Part shown: one piece after another, positions 22,478 through 35,522 of the stretch
Layout of the letters: every line of letters begins with the position of its first letter
How positions within the stretch are numbered: the stretch's first letter is position 1
DNA from: Octopus bimaculoides
Lineage: Eukaryota
Direction: 5' to 3'
DNA: 41,183 nt
Assembly: GCF_001194135.2 (NCBI RefSeq)
Contig: NC_068983.1
Location: forward strand, 97,354,772 to 97,395,954
Notes under the pieces: generated by a model
Told to the model about the DNA's origin: nothing
The model's database searches: none
Seen by the model: the letters and a program-made list of their open reading frames with translations, nothing else
Made by a program: the position numbers and the translations under genes

Positions 22478-22805
22478 TTTTATTCTTTTACTTGTTTCAG
22501 AAATCGACCCCAGGACTTAATCTTTGTAAGCCTTGTACTTATTCGATCGGTCTCTCTTGCCGAACCGCTAAGTTATGGAGACGTAAACACATCAACATCG
22601 GTTGTCAAGTGATGGTGGTGGGGGGGACACTCATACACATACACACACACACGCACACAACGGGCTTCTCTCAATTTGCGTCTACCAAATGCACTGGGAA
22701 GGCTTTCGTCGGCCCGAATCTATAGGAGAAGACACTTACCAAAAGTACCATGCAGTAGGAGTGAACTCGAACGCACGCTTCTTACTACACAACCACGCCT
22801 GCGTT
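22478..22805 (-). mobile_element. SINE family A, near full-length with a deletion in the 3' half
   Basis: cttttacttgtttcag tail, gtacttattcgatcgg, ttgtcaag, internal (CA)n, caacgggcttct body, head at ~22800. Confidence 0.88.
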
Positions 22806-23543
22806 TCAATTTCTTTTTCTTTTTTCTTTTTTCTTTTAAAGAGTAGCGAACTGTGGAACAATTGGACCCTATTTCAGAGGTTATTACTGGTACTTCTATT
22901 ATTGACTCTACTGGAGTGTTCACCAAGAGATTAAAGGAACGTCATTAAACATCTCAAAGTTATTTTTACATCCGGTTATTTTTACTGACAAGTAATAATA
23001 GAAGTTGCTAGTACTAAATACTACGAAAAATAACATTCATTAGACTGCAGATATATAAGAGAGAAGAAAACGGATATGGGACATTCCTGTCGCTTTCAAA
23101 AGCATTGGAAGAGCATGTGAATAGAACGAGAGTTTCACAGCATTCAAGAATCGAAACTCGTTCACAACCTCAGCCCACCACTAGTTTATCTCCGTATACT
23201 ATCGTGTATTACACAGATTGGCTAGAATCTCCAATATAAATAACAATTTCAAATGTTATAAATAATGAATCAGCTGGAATTGAATTCATTGACTGCCTTT
23301 CATTCTCTCTCTGTATAGCATTAAATTCATATACACTCCCACGTATATATATATCAGTATATGCATGCATGCATGAATGTATGATTGTATGTATGTATGT
23401 ATTGTATTCGATAAAGATAGCACATAACTTTGGCACATGGCACTATAACTTAATTCCCTGTATTTTGTGAACATAATCCTGTATATGCTTGGATTAACCT
23501 CAAAGATTTATGTATGCCCGTCTACATATATTCTCATAGAAGA

Positions 23544-23644
<101 letters not shown>

Positions 23645-23803
23645 TGTATGTGTGTATGCATATGTACGTGTCTGCGTGTTCGTATTGCTGTGTGGTTTGT
23701 TTCCGCACCTGTGAAATTATATATGTTTCAATAAGTATTTCCGTATGTACACACATGTAAGTGTGTGTGTATGTGTGTGTATATACATACATACATACAT
23801 ACA

Positions 23804-23835
<32 letters not shown>

Positions 23836-24207
23836 CACGCACTCACATAGTCACAAACACACACATACATATATACATACATATATAACACGGATATATG
23901 CATGTGAATATGTAGGTATATATGTGCTTGTTTTCGCGTTTGTATCTGTCTACGTATGTATATGTTTCTATGTCTGAATGTTTATATGTGCTATGGCCGT
24001 TCACATTTGAGCTTCGCTCGTCTATCGTATAATTATTTTGCAGTACGCAGTAGTGTCAGAAAGAAACAAGATGCCTTCTGTAGTGACACATCGTTATTAT
24101 CTAATTTGGTTTGGGTACTTTTGGCAGCACTGAGACATCGGCCAGCCTTTACCAAAGATATGGAACTTGCTGCTGCCATTACTCTATAATTATTCTATAA
24201 AAGACAA

Positions 24208-24314
24208 TAAACAAAAACAGTATTAGAGGCATGAGACAATTCATAACGATGGCACGAATATCTAGTTTATAATTCATATATGTCCCTCTGTATGTTTATG
24301 CAGAGGGGTATACA
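24208..24314 (+). repeat. Left arm of a 107-bp inverted repeat (partner 26049-26155)
   Basis: Reverse-complement identity 104/107 counted by eye. Confidence 0.95.
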
Positions 24315-24575
24315 TTGGTATGCGTGTCATTTTGTATGCGTTGGTGTGTTAGTGTACCCATGTGCGCACAGATGTCTACGTGTTTATGTATGTGCAGGAT
24401 TCATTGTGGGAACGTATGTGTGTGTGTGTGTGTGTGAACATGTGTATGTCTGTGTATGCGCATAAATGTGTATATATATATATCTACGTGTGTTTATATG
24501 TAGTAGTGTGTTTGTATGGGTTTATAAATATTTGTACTTATGTATCTATGCATGTATCATGTGCATTAATGTGAT

Positions 24576-24633
<58 letters not shown>

Positions 24634-24762
24634 GTATATATATATGTATATATATATACACACNNNNNNNNNNGTATATATATATGTATATATATATACA
24701 CACAAATATATGTATATATATATATATATATATGTATACATAGATATACACACACATATATG

Positions 24763-24794
<32 letters not shown>

Positions 24795-25187
24795 CATGTA
24801 TATATGTATGTGTGTGTGTATGTATATATGTATGTGTGCGTATATATATACACATCTTTGTGCATCTTTGCGACTGCACTTATGTACGTACGTACGTGCG
24901 TCTGTGTGTTTGTGTGTGTGTATGTATGTGTGTACATCAGTGAATCTGTAATCGTAAATGAATTATAGTATAAATGTATGTGCATGTGTGTGTGTATGCG
25001 CGTGTGTATATCTGTGTGTGCTTCAACATGTACGTTTATATTGTAATTTTCCTCCAACTTTTATATTCACAGATACAAGCACACATACAAATAATATATT
25101 ATACATCAGCGTGTGAACATATATCTTATCCGCCGCTCATCCGCCTCAGAGAGAGAGAAAGAGAGAGAAACAGAGACAGAGACAGAC

Positions 25188-25240
<53 letters not shown>

Positions 25241-25971
25241 AGTTTAACTGCATAAGCGAAAATCCTGTGGTTTTTATTGCCATAAGTTAATATCTCTGCT
25301 GCCAGTCTGCCGTTATAGTGTGTCTCCGAACATGTGTGAATTATACAATTATTATTACCCTGACAGAAAACCGTCTTGCCGACGGCTGATGGTAATTTTT
25401 GCCTGATCCGGGACACTAAACTCTATTGAACCATCAGATAATGCAAATTGTACAAATAATAACAGTACTGGCTACAATAAACGTTGTTTGCGGTATGGTT
25501 TTGATGTTGGGGAGGTGGAGGAGGTGGAGGAAACGAGAGGTAATTTTTGCTGGGTTCCTGCCTGGTTATCAGATAGTGTGATAGTGTAAAGAGTAAGGTT
25601 AGATTCTGGTTTGTGATTCAGGGTTGGGGTTTAGTTTTGAGGGTGGCGTTGCTTTCGAACTGGACCAAGGCAATTTGTTGTTCAATTGACAGGAAAAGAA
25701 AGCAGAAATACATATAAAAAATAGACGCAAGTAGGTACATACATGTAGATTATATATATATATATATATATATATNNNNNNNNNNNNNNNNNNNNNNNNN
25801 NNNNNNNNNNNNNNNNNNNNNNNNNNNNNNNNNNNNNNNNNNNNNNNNNNNNNNNNNNNNNNNNNNNNNNNNNNNNNNNNNNNNNNNNNNNNNNNNNNNN
25901 NNNNNNNNNNNNNNNNNNNNNNNNNNNNNNNNNNNNNNNNNNNNNNNNNNNNNNNNNNNNNNNTATATGAT

Positions 25972-26053
25972 TTGCTGTAAGAAGCTTGATTCTCAACCAC
26001 AAGGTCCCGAGTTCACTCACACTCCATGGCACCGAGCAATTGTCTTCTTGTAT
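25972..26053 (+). mobile_element. SINE family A head fragment
   Basis: gtaagaagcttgattctcaaccacaaggtcccgagttca...catggcacc..gcaattgtcttct. Confidence 0.65.
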
Positions 26054-26153
26054 ACACCTCTGCATAAACATACAGAGGGACATATATGAATTATAAACTA
26101 GATATCCGTGCCATCGTTATGAATTGCCTCATGCCTCTAATACTGTTTTTGTT

Positions 26154-26155
<2 letters not shown>
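26049..26155 (-). repeat. Right arm of the 107-bp inverted repeat
   Basis: See the left arm. Confidence 0.95.
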
Positions 26156-26190
<35 letters not shown>

Positions 26191-26619
26191 AGAACGCAAC
26201 AGACGACAATAAAACATCCGGACAGACATACGATACGAAGACAGACAGGAAAAACAACAAAAAGAGGGACAGACGGGCCATTCGTGGCCTTCTCTCCTCA
26301 GTCCAGTTTTCAGATTATCCTTGCAGTTTCGACCAGTTAAACTTGAGACTGTTCAAATTTGGCTGGCGCCCAGAAATATAAGCTAAGAGCATTAAATATT
26401 TTGGGAGAAAGAAAGCGAATGTGTAGGACAATAAAGATAAAAGAACAAAATAAAAATAAAACGATAAAAACAGAGAAAATATTACTCAATTACAAATACA
26501 AACAAGAAAATAACAACAGTTGTCTTTCGACTAATAATAGAGACAAATCAAGTTGAACTGGCGTATGAGGAGCGAAAGCCTTGAGACAGGAACATAGATG
26601 AACATAAAAGATGAAAGTC

Positions 26620-27656
26620 AGGAGACAGTAATAAGAGATGCAACGTTTTGCGGATGAAAATAAGATCCACGAGTTCTACACTGCAACCAAATCCATGTAC
26701 GGTCCGTCCTCCAATCATATCAATCCGATACGATCTTCAGACAGCAACACTCTCTACAAGGAAAAAACCCAGATCCGTAACAGATGGGCAGAACACTTCA
26801 ACTCAGACACCACACTGATTAATGAGCTCCCTCATCTGCCGCCTCTCCCTGGGCTGGATACAGAACCCTCCCTCGTGGAAATCAGTACAGCTCCATCCTA
26901 CTTAAAAAAACAGAAAATCACCTGGATCAGATGGTGTGTCGAGGGAGATTTACAAATATGGTGGTCCTGCTCTTGTCCTGCGTCTTCATCAGATTATCCT
27001 CTACTGTTGGAAAAATTCCTTGATCCTTCAACGCTGGAAACACGCAAGAAGAAGGGAGATAGCTCACACTGCAACAACAGCAGAGGTATTTCACTCCTGG
27101 ATGTTGCAGGAAAGATCCTGCCACGCGTCCTGCTCTCTCGACTTCTTGGTCACTTCGTTGAAGGAATCCTCCCAGAGTCTCAATGCGGTTTTAGAGCTAA
27201 CTGTAGCACTATTAACACGGTCTTCGTCTCACGCCGCCTGTTAGAGAATTGCCGAGAACAACAACGTGATGCGTCGTTTGCCTTTATTGACCTAACTAAG
27301 GGTTTTGATACTATTATCCGCCCACTACTATGGAATGTCCTGCTTCTTGCCATGCTACACCAGTTCCATGACGGCATGCAAGCACATGTGACATTGGGTG
27401 GTGATCAGTCTGACTACTTCAACGTTCAAATCGGTGTTAAGCAAGGCTGTGTCCTGGACCTTGTCCTCTTCAATATGTTCCTTGTGGTTGTGACCTTACT
27501 ATCTCGCTACGACCTCAACCCCGAAGATGGCATCCCAATTCGATATCGCCACGATGGCAGTCTCTTCAACTTGAGGAGACTAAAATCACTAACAAAGACT
27601 CAGTCCACCACTCTCTTCGAATTACAGTATGCCGATGACTGAGAAGCTCTCAACCA
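26620..27656 (+). mobile_element. RTE-clade LINE reverse transcriptase fragment, truncated at both ends
   Basis: RWAEHFNS...KSPGSDGVSREIYKYGG (alternate frame 26936-27040)...KKGDSSHCNNSRGISLLDVAGKIL...LPESQCGFR...FIDLTKGFDT...GVKQGCVL..VLFN...RYRHDGSLFNLRRL...LQYADD. Two compensating frameshifts and small deletions. Confidence 0.95.
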
Positions 27657-28029
27657 TATATATAGTAAAAGTCAATAAAGAAATTAATATAGGGACTTGA
27701 CTCTATTACATTATATTAAATTAAGTTAAATTATGTTAAATTACGCAATATATAAGAAAAATGTGGATGAATTTATATATATATATTAGTATTTTAGGTT
27801 AAAGTGATATTACTAAGGGGATATTGTTTTAATAGACTGCATATGAAAGATAAGTTATTAAAAATTTATTGAACAAAACAGTGTATAAATAATGTTTAGG
27901 GGAATCTTTTATATATTCACTAAACCATACGGGTAATATAGGGTTAAAATTATATGTTCGAAGTTATTCAAACCAAATTCAAATAAGAGACAAAAGACCA
28001 AAAGTGACTGTACAAGTTGTTTCGCTAAG

Positions 28030-28302
28030 TTGTTATTTATCGCTAAAATTATGCTTAAAATGTATTCGCCGATAAAAATGCATTAATTGTAATTCTCCAT
28101 GCAACGGTGTTTAGTTACTAAATTAATGAACCGACTCAATACATGTCCTTATATGTCCTCTTTTATATATTACTAAATTGTTGTTATTTATCGCTAAAAT
28201 TATGTTCAAAATCTATTTTATCTGAAAAAATGCCACAAATCCTAGACTCTATGTAATAGTGTTGAGTCACTTAATTAATGAACCAATCAGTCATTCAGTC
28301 CT
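28030..28302. repeat. Degenerate two-unit tandem duplication, period ~151 bp
   Basis: ttgttatttatcgctaaaattatg at 28030 and 28181; aattaatgaacc...gtcctt closes both units. Confidence 0.8.
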
Positions 28303-30422
28303 TTAAAATATTTATTCAGTTAATTACTTTTAACATTATATTTAAGAGGTGTAGAGGGGGAGGGTAATTAAGCTATACATAGACTGAAGGGAGGTAACTC
28401 TTGGTTATTGAGGTTTATAATTTGGGTCCATTATTTAGGTCCATTATTCAATAAATCAATCAACTTATCAATCAACCAATTAATTAATTAATCAATCGAT
28501 CAATCAATCAATTATTTGGTTCTGTAATGGAGTTGCATATTAATGCCTTTATCTATATACATGCATATGTATATACAATATATACATACGCATATATATA
28601 TATATACATATATACATATATCTCTCTCTACTCTTTTACTTGTTTCAGTCATATATACTACTATCTTTAAAAAATCTGATTAAGTCCAAAGGGTAGTACT
28701 AGATAATGTTATTACTTTATATACTTGTGCGGTGTAATTAAATGTAAATTATAAGCTAGTCAATGTTTATTTGTTAAAGGTACCAGCAGAAAGCTCAAGC
28801 ATACCTACCTAAACCTACATGTGTGTGTGTGTGCATAGATAAATATATATATACACAAGTGTGTGCACATGGATGCATATATACACACATATCCACATAT
28901 ATTGATGCAAAAGTAGCAACAATAGTAATATATACTCACACATACATATATGTATATAATTATAGCTAACTCAATATATACCCTCTTTNNNNNNNNNNNN
29001 NNNNNNNNNNNNNNNNNNNNNNNNNNNNNNNNNNNNNNNNNNNNNNNNNNNNNNNNNNNNNNNNNNNNNNNNNNNNNNNNNNNNNNNNNNNNNNNNNNNN
29101 NNNNNNNNNNNNNNNNNNNNNNNNNNNNNNNNNNNNNNNNNNNNNNNNNNNNNNNNNNNNNNNNNNNNNNNNNNNNNNNNNNNNNNNNNNNNNNNNNNNN
29201 NNNNNNNNNNNNNNNNNNNNNNNNNNNNNNNNNNNNNNNNNNNNNNNNNNNNNNNNNNNNNNNNNNNNNNNNNNNNNNNNNNNNNNNNNNNNNNNNNNNN
29301 NNNNNNNNNNNNNNNNNNNNNNNNNNNNNNNNNNNNNNNNNNNNNNNNNNNNNNNNNNNNNNNNNNNNNNNNNNNNNNNNNNNNNNNNNNNNNNNNNNNN
29401 NNNNNNNNNNNNNNNNNNNNNNNNNNNNNNNNNNNNNNNNNNNNNNNNNNNNNNNNNNNNNNNNNNNNTGTGTGTGTGTGCATAGATAAATATATATATA
29501 CACAAGTGTGTGCACATGGATGCATATATACACACATATCCACATATATTGATGCAAAAGTAGCAACAATAGTAATATATACTCACACATACATATATGT
29601 ACATACCTACATCTATATGTATACATACATGCATATATGGGTACAGGACATAAAAAAAAACGTAAAACACAATGAGACACGAAAACATAAAAACGAAAAC
29701 ATAGAAAACGAACTTTTTTCGAACAACGAAAAAAACAAACGAACAGAGAACGAGACATGCAACATAATGAGTATACCCCTTCGTCAGTTGTCCCTGTTTC
29801 ATCTACTCCGCGTTTCGAAGGCAAGGACAATACGCGACTTCGTTGAAACAGTCATTCCCGCAAAGCAAATTNNNNNNNNNNNNNNNNNNNNNNNNNNNNN
29901 NNNNNNNNNNNNNNNNNNNNNNNNNNNNNNNAGTACAAGACAGTAAAAATAAACACTGAGGGCTGATGAGCCAAGACGATAGATAAATTATTATGAACGC
30001 TAGGTAGACGAGCCATGAGGAGACAGGAAAAAGCACGTCTTTTCTTTAGGAAGGAAGAAGACAGAAAGTGAGATCCCCTTTCGTCACGTGTCAGCGACGA
30101 GAGAGTCAAGGAGGAAGAGTGAGAGAGAGAGAGGGAACGGTGAAAGGGAGAGAAGAATAAGGAATGCTTTCGGTGTGAATGGTTTATTTATTACGGCGCT
30201 GTGATTTACAATCCTGTAAATAATAATAATGGGATTTTTATATAAGCTTAAAGCTTATGGCATTCACCGTGCAATGACTAAAGAACATAGTCTAATAAAG
30301 GGGCATATAAGCCCTCGACAGAAAAAAGAAGGCTTTCCTATCCACGTGCGCGCGCGTTTGTATATTTAAATATATATATTGGTCCATGGAATTGACTTTT
30401 CTTTCCTCGAAAATTTCAGGAC

Positions 30423-30423
<1 letters not shown>

Positions 30424-30471
<48 letters not shown>

Positions 30472-30487
30472 CAGTGATTTTAAAGCG

Positions 30488-30549
<62 letters not shown>

Positions 30550-30566
30550 AGCTGCTGCTGCTGCTT
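30424..30566. repeat. Compound (TAT)n-(CTA)n-(GCT)n
   Basis: Direct reading. Confidence 0.95.
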
Positions 30567-30946
30567 GCTATCACTATTGACTTTTAAATATCCGTGTAGG
30601 TATGGTCATATTATGTATCATTATTATATTTCCGTTTAGTCCGACAGAACTGACAAGTACTGCGATTAGAAACTACTCCAGCTGAATTGAGATTTTTCGG
30701 TGTTAAAAATTTTACGCTCAACTGGCTAGTTATATAGACAGCGATTAGTTAATCTGGGGGTCTTAAGATAGAAGCAAGCCGATCTGCCACTTCATGCCAG
30801 TTGCTGGATTCTTGGCCTATCCATTTTAAGAGCACAGATGTTCCTTCAGCGTCTGTTTCTCTACTAGAGAATACCGAGTTCGCCCGATGTCAAAAAAAAT
30901 ATGCACAGCTACAGTCATATGCACAGAAAAGTACATACATTCATAC

Positions 30947-30981
<35 letters not shown>

Positions 30982-31456
30982 TGTATATATAGATAAACAC
31001 ATAACCATACGCACACCCATATATCTATCAATATTTCTTTTTCTCTATCTCACACTCTCTATCTCTCTTTCTCGCTCTCTTGCCGTCCTCTCGCTTTCTC
31101 TCTCTCTCCAGAAACGTGTGTGTAAGCGCACATACACACACATTCATATATATATATATANNNNNNNNNNNNNNNNNNNNNNNNNNNNNNNNNNNNNNNN
31201 NNNNNNNNNNNNNNNNNNNNNNNNNNNNNNNNNNNNNNNNNNNNNNNNNNNNNNNNNNNNNNNNNNNNNNNNNNNNNNNNNNNNNNNNNNNNNNNNNNNN
31301 NNNNNNNNNNNNNNNNNNNNNNNNNNNNNNNNNNNNNNNNNNNNNNNNNNNNNNNNNNNNNNNNNNNNNNNNNNNNNNNNNNNNNNNNNNNNNNNNNNNN
31401 NNNNNNNNNNNNNNNNNNNNNNNNNNNNNNNNNNNNNNNNNNNNNNNNNNNNNNNN

Positions 31457-31545
<89 letters not shown>

Positions 31546-31589
31546 TACATAAGTGCATATCTATAAACTCCTAAGCATATGACCGAGAA

Positions 31590-31794
31590 CCACTACTACT
31601 ACTACTACTGATAATAATAATGATAATAATAATACTGTTGCTGTCGCTGCTGCGGCTGCTACTACTACTACTGCTACTACTGCTGCGACATGTAGTAAGA
31701 GTAGGAGGAGTGGGAGAAGGAGGAGAAGAAGAAGAAGAAGAAGAAGAAGAAGAAGAAGAAGAAGAAGAAGAAGAAGAAGAAGAAGAAGAAGAAA

Positions 31795-31840
<46 letters not shown>

Positions 31841-31848
31841 AGAAGAAA
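31590..31848. repeat. Compound trinucleotide repeat ending in a long (GAA)n
   Basis: Direct reading; source of the spurious poly-Glu ORF. Confidence 0.95.
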
Positions 31849-32888
31849 AAATGAGGTGATGCGTGTGACAGAACAGAAGTTATATTGAATGACATGCTAA
31901 AATTAATCAATCAGCAAAGAATAATTATTTATTGCTGATATAGTTCAAAGATCCTTTATGAAAGAGAAAATGGATTTTGTAACATTCATGCCTTCACCAG
32001 AACTAATAAGCATTTGGTTTTGTGTTTAAAGTCTTTTTATCTTCGAAAACAAAGAAACTATCCCCATAAGCTATGCGGAGACGGGTGCTGCACCGATGCT
32101 TGATTGCTTCCGTCATCTGTCATAAACACTGGTGCCAATTAATGCTTGGTTTCTACTCTAAGCTCAAGCCATCACGACATTTGGCATGTTCACTTGTCGC
32201 TTGCGGGACACTGAATGTCTTGGTTGATGTTTTATATGGTGGTAATATAGAAAATGTGGTAATGTTACAGATAATAGGTTAGCATACAAGTTCGTGACAA
32301 CTTTGATATTTGCTTCTTCAATGTCTTGTTGCTTATTTTTGTTGAAGTTACATTTTTATTGACGTTTATTTTCTTGATATATTGATAAGTTTCAGCACTC
32401 CTCGAGCGCTCTTATGGCATGTTTCAGGTCTTTTCAAGTGTTTGTTTAAGACTCTTATTACAACACACCGGATATTCCACGTTGACATCCAGTTTGAAGT
32501 GCATCAGACATCATTCTCCGACATAAAATGCTGGTTGGTCATAGGATGTGAAGTGAAGCATTCAGAGTAACTTACAGTTATTATGCAATGAGGCCATCAG
32601 AGTGAGTTATGTTATTGTCCAGTCTGTTCTCGTATGCCTTGAAGATATGTGTTTCTCTAAGGAGTGTGAGTAAACGTTTTAGAGGGTGTTTACAGTGAGT
32701 ATTGAAATAAGATGCAAATAAACTGTCATGCTTAATATTAGTAGGTGGTTTGAAACATTTAAAACTCGTCTAACACAATGGTAAGTAAAAAAGAATTATA
32801 AGAATGCAAAATATTTTTCTTCATGGGAATAATGGGGAGAGAAGTAAAATATTTCACTAATAATTCTGGAATGGTATAGATCAGTGGT

Positions 32889-33297
32889 TACTCTCTTTTA
32901 CTCTCTTTTACTTGTTTCAGTCTTTTGACCGTGGCCATGCTGGAGCACCGCCTTTAGTCGAGAAAATTGACCCCAGGACTTGTTCTTTGGAAGCCTAGTA
33001 CTTATTCTATCGGTTTCTTTTGTCAAACCGCTAAGTTACGGGGACGTAAACACACCAGCATCGGTTGTCAAGCGATGTTGGGGGGCAGGGACAAACACAG
33101 ACACACAAACACACACACATACATATATATATATATACATATATACGACGGGCTTCTTTCAGTTTCCGTCTACCAAATCCACTCACAAGGCTTTGGTCGG
33201 CCCGATGCTATAGTAGAAGACACTTGCCCAAGGGACTGAACCTGGAACCAATGTTGTTGGTAAGCAAGCTACTTACCACACAGCCACTCCTCCGCCC
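32889..33297 (-). mobile_element. SINE family A, full-length and least diverged copy
   Basis: Head ggcggaggagtggctgtgtggtaagtagcttgcttacc, body, internal (TA/TG), 3' half, and tail gactgaaacaagtaaaagagagtaaaagagagta. Confidence 0.95.
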
Positions 33298-33359
33298 TTT
33301 TATTTAAATGAGTCTTTTCAATGAGTTTTCCCATTAAATGAGTTTAATATGCTTATCCT

Positions 33360-33399
<40 letters not shown>

Positions 33400-33431
33400 C
33401 GTGTGTATGCATGTATGAAATTTTGAATTTA

Positions 33432-33481
33432 GTTCACGGAGCCCCAGTACAACCTTTGCTGACCCAGGCTGGGAACCACTG
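33432..33481 (-). mobile_element. Possible hAT-type transposon terminus
   Basis: Minus strand begins cagtggttcccagcctgggtc...ggggctccgtgaac, resembling the CAGTGGTTCCCAACC termini of hAT/Charlie elements; no partner end seen. Confidence 0.45.
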
Positions 33482-34130
33482 GTATAGATGATGTCTTGGT
33501 AGGTAGTTAAGGTTCGTGAGCCATTGCTGTACATTATGTTATTGGGCACAGAAGCCAATAGATTGTTCCCCGTCCATATTAAATTCAGTTATTTGCGTTA
33601 CTTCGTGAAACTAAAATATCGATTTCTTACAAATGTAGAGGAAAGGAGCAATCACTTAAATCGATTCAGTAATATAGAGTGGAACTTGTGATATCGACCT
33701 GAGATTATTCTTCATTCCCTATCAAGAACACTTAAACAAATTACGAAATAAAATGCTCAATACCGCAAATCTCATTTGCAGGTCTTTGCTTTTGTCTAGA
33801 AAGAAAAATAATTGAAGAGACACTCAGACACCCGAGGCAAATGTTTTTAAATATTGTAAGCCAAGGGATGAGGCTATACCGCAAAAGAATGAAAAATAAA
33901 CTGATATTGACAATAAGTCACGATCTAGGAATGAAATCTAGATTTTTTTAACCTGTCCCAACTTTAATTGTATAACGGCTTTCAATCACTTCCCCCGTCA
34001 TTATATAACTTATCTTTCCCATCCACAGTAACTGTAAATCCCCTGTTTAAAGTGTAGTGTGTTTTATCGTATTTTTCGAACATTCGTGATTAATAAGGAA
34101 TCTATTATCCTTACTCATGGCCACTGTGCC

Positions 34131-34246
34131 ATTCATCCTCTAGGGTTATTGGAGTCGAAAAATAGCGTCTCATTCAAGTACTAGGGTAATATTATCGACT
34201 AACCCTTCCTCTCAAACGTCTGACCTTGTGCCAAAATGTGAAACTG
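34131..34246 (+). mobile_element. SINE family B 3' fragment
   Basis: ttcatcct...gagtcgaaaaata...gtactagggt..attatcgactaaccc...gaccttgtgccaaaatgtgaaa, then (GTT)n. Confidence 0.65.
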
Positions 34247-34902
34247 TTGTTGTTGTTGTTGTTGTCGTTGCTGCTGCTACTACTGATAATGATGGCTGGT
34301 AGTGTTAGTAACACGTCATTTCGATTCACTTGTGTGTCTGTTCTGTTTATCTGTTCAAAAGTTGTTAATTGTTCAAATGCTGTTATACAACATTAGATAA
34401 ACCAGCCAGAATCACATAGGGCTGGCTTTTTTTTTTATTTATCATTCTATCTGTTTATTATTTTTTTTTCTCTTCCTTATGGCTCAAATTCTTTACAAAA
34501 GTTTTCAAATTTTGCTATGCAAAGCATATTTTCTTACAAATGAAGCATCGGTTTTCCCAGTCAGCAAGCTGAGTGGAGGGGTAGGACCTGATTTGCAGAG
34601 ACAAGTACAGTACGTGTCAAGGTTCTTCCATCCCACCCTGCACATGGAAGGGGATGAGAGCCATTTTAAAGCGTTAAAAGTTCTAAGTCCACGTAATTGT
34701 ATCTCTGTTATAGTGGCAAGCGGCTGAACAACTCGAATAAAAGCAACCATAGCATTTGTAGCAGTGCTAGCGAAGACGAAGTATGCTTATGGAAAGAGAG
34801 AAACTTTTAAGCGTTGAAAATTCATAGTTAAAAAACTGCACCACTGTTAATCGCGGCAAAACACAATAGCAATAAAAATACAATCAACAACAACAATAAT
34901 AA

Positions 34903-35108
34903 TAATCATCTGTTCTATACATACAAGTTCTGAAATTTTGAGGTGGTATCTCATCGACTCAAGTACTCAATCTGTAATTATTTTATCGACTTCAAAAAAT
35001 GAGAAGCAAAGTTGACATCATCAAAATTTGAACTCAGAACGCGAAAACGGACGAAGTGCTGCTTAGCATTTTATCCAGCTCACTAACAATTCTACCAGAT
35101 CACTACCT
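34903..35108 (-). mobile_element. SINE family B, diverged full copy
   Basis: aaaatttgaactcagaacg, gcttagcatttt and ctaacaattctaccag match the minus-strand consensus. Confidence 0.8.
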
Positions 35109-35112
35109 TAAA

Positions 35113-35148
<36 letters not shown>

Positions 35149-35522
35149 CTAGAACTAGAAAAGACTGAAAAATACAGACTATTAATAGAAGAAACTGCAA
35201 GAATGTGAATTATAAGGAGAGTGTCCGTCATCCCAATAGTTGTAGGGGCACTTGGAGTACTAACAACTAAGTTTGAGAAATATGTTAAAGAAATTGAAAT
35301 TGACATGAGAGCAGAGCAAACCCCAAAAAACTGCTCTGCTAAGGACAACTAGGATATTGAGATTGGTACTTGAATGTTGAATGTCTTCCACGATAATTAA
35401 CAACCAATTATCAAAGCTTATAATGTGCAGAAAGAGACCCTGTGAGACCTCTAACGGTAGGCTGCTGTCCGCTTTCACAGAATGAACCAGAGCCAACAAG
35501 ACCGAGCGCTCTAAGAAGTAAA
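35149..35522 (+). mobile_element. Third R4/Dong-like RLE retrotransposon 3' end (ORF remnant to 35380 plus 3' UTR)
   Basis: LELEKTEKYRLLIEETARM*IIRRVSVIPIVVGALGVLTTKFEKYVKEIEI..., frameshift, QKTALLRTTRILRLVLEC*. Same K..KY..L..E / IPIVVGALG / QK..L..T..ILR pattern as 56-427. Confidence 0.85.

Noticed and set aside
25600-25650. Telomere-like gggttggggtttag
   Set aside because: No run of exact TTAGGG units.
29963-29985. ctgatgagccaagacgata, hammerhead-like core
   Set aside because: Stem II has a mismatch, GAAA is replaced by GATA, and no stems I/III were found.
30258-30275. tggcattcaccg, complementary to the 3' half of miR-124
   Set aside because: No seed match and no convincing pre-miRNA hairpin; a 12-nt match is expected by chance given the many miRNAs considered.
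32070-32570. Possible very old RTE RT fragment on the minus strand (ILCRRMMSDAL, NIKVVTNLY)
   Set aside because: Similarity is too patchy to call by eye; needs a profile search.
32745-32780. 36-nt exon candidate WFETFKTRLTQ ending ATG|GTAAGT
   Set aside because: The donor is good but the acceptor lacks a pyrimidine tract; no independent support.
34479-34750. Overlapping 82/81-aa ORFs on both strands
   Set aside because: No recognisable domain and no convincing splice-site pair.
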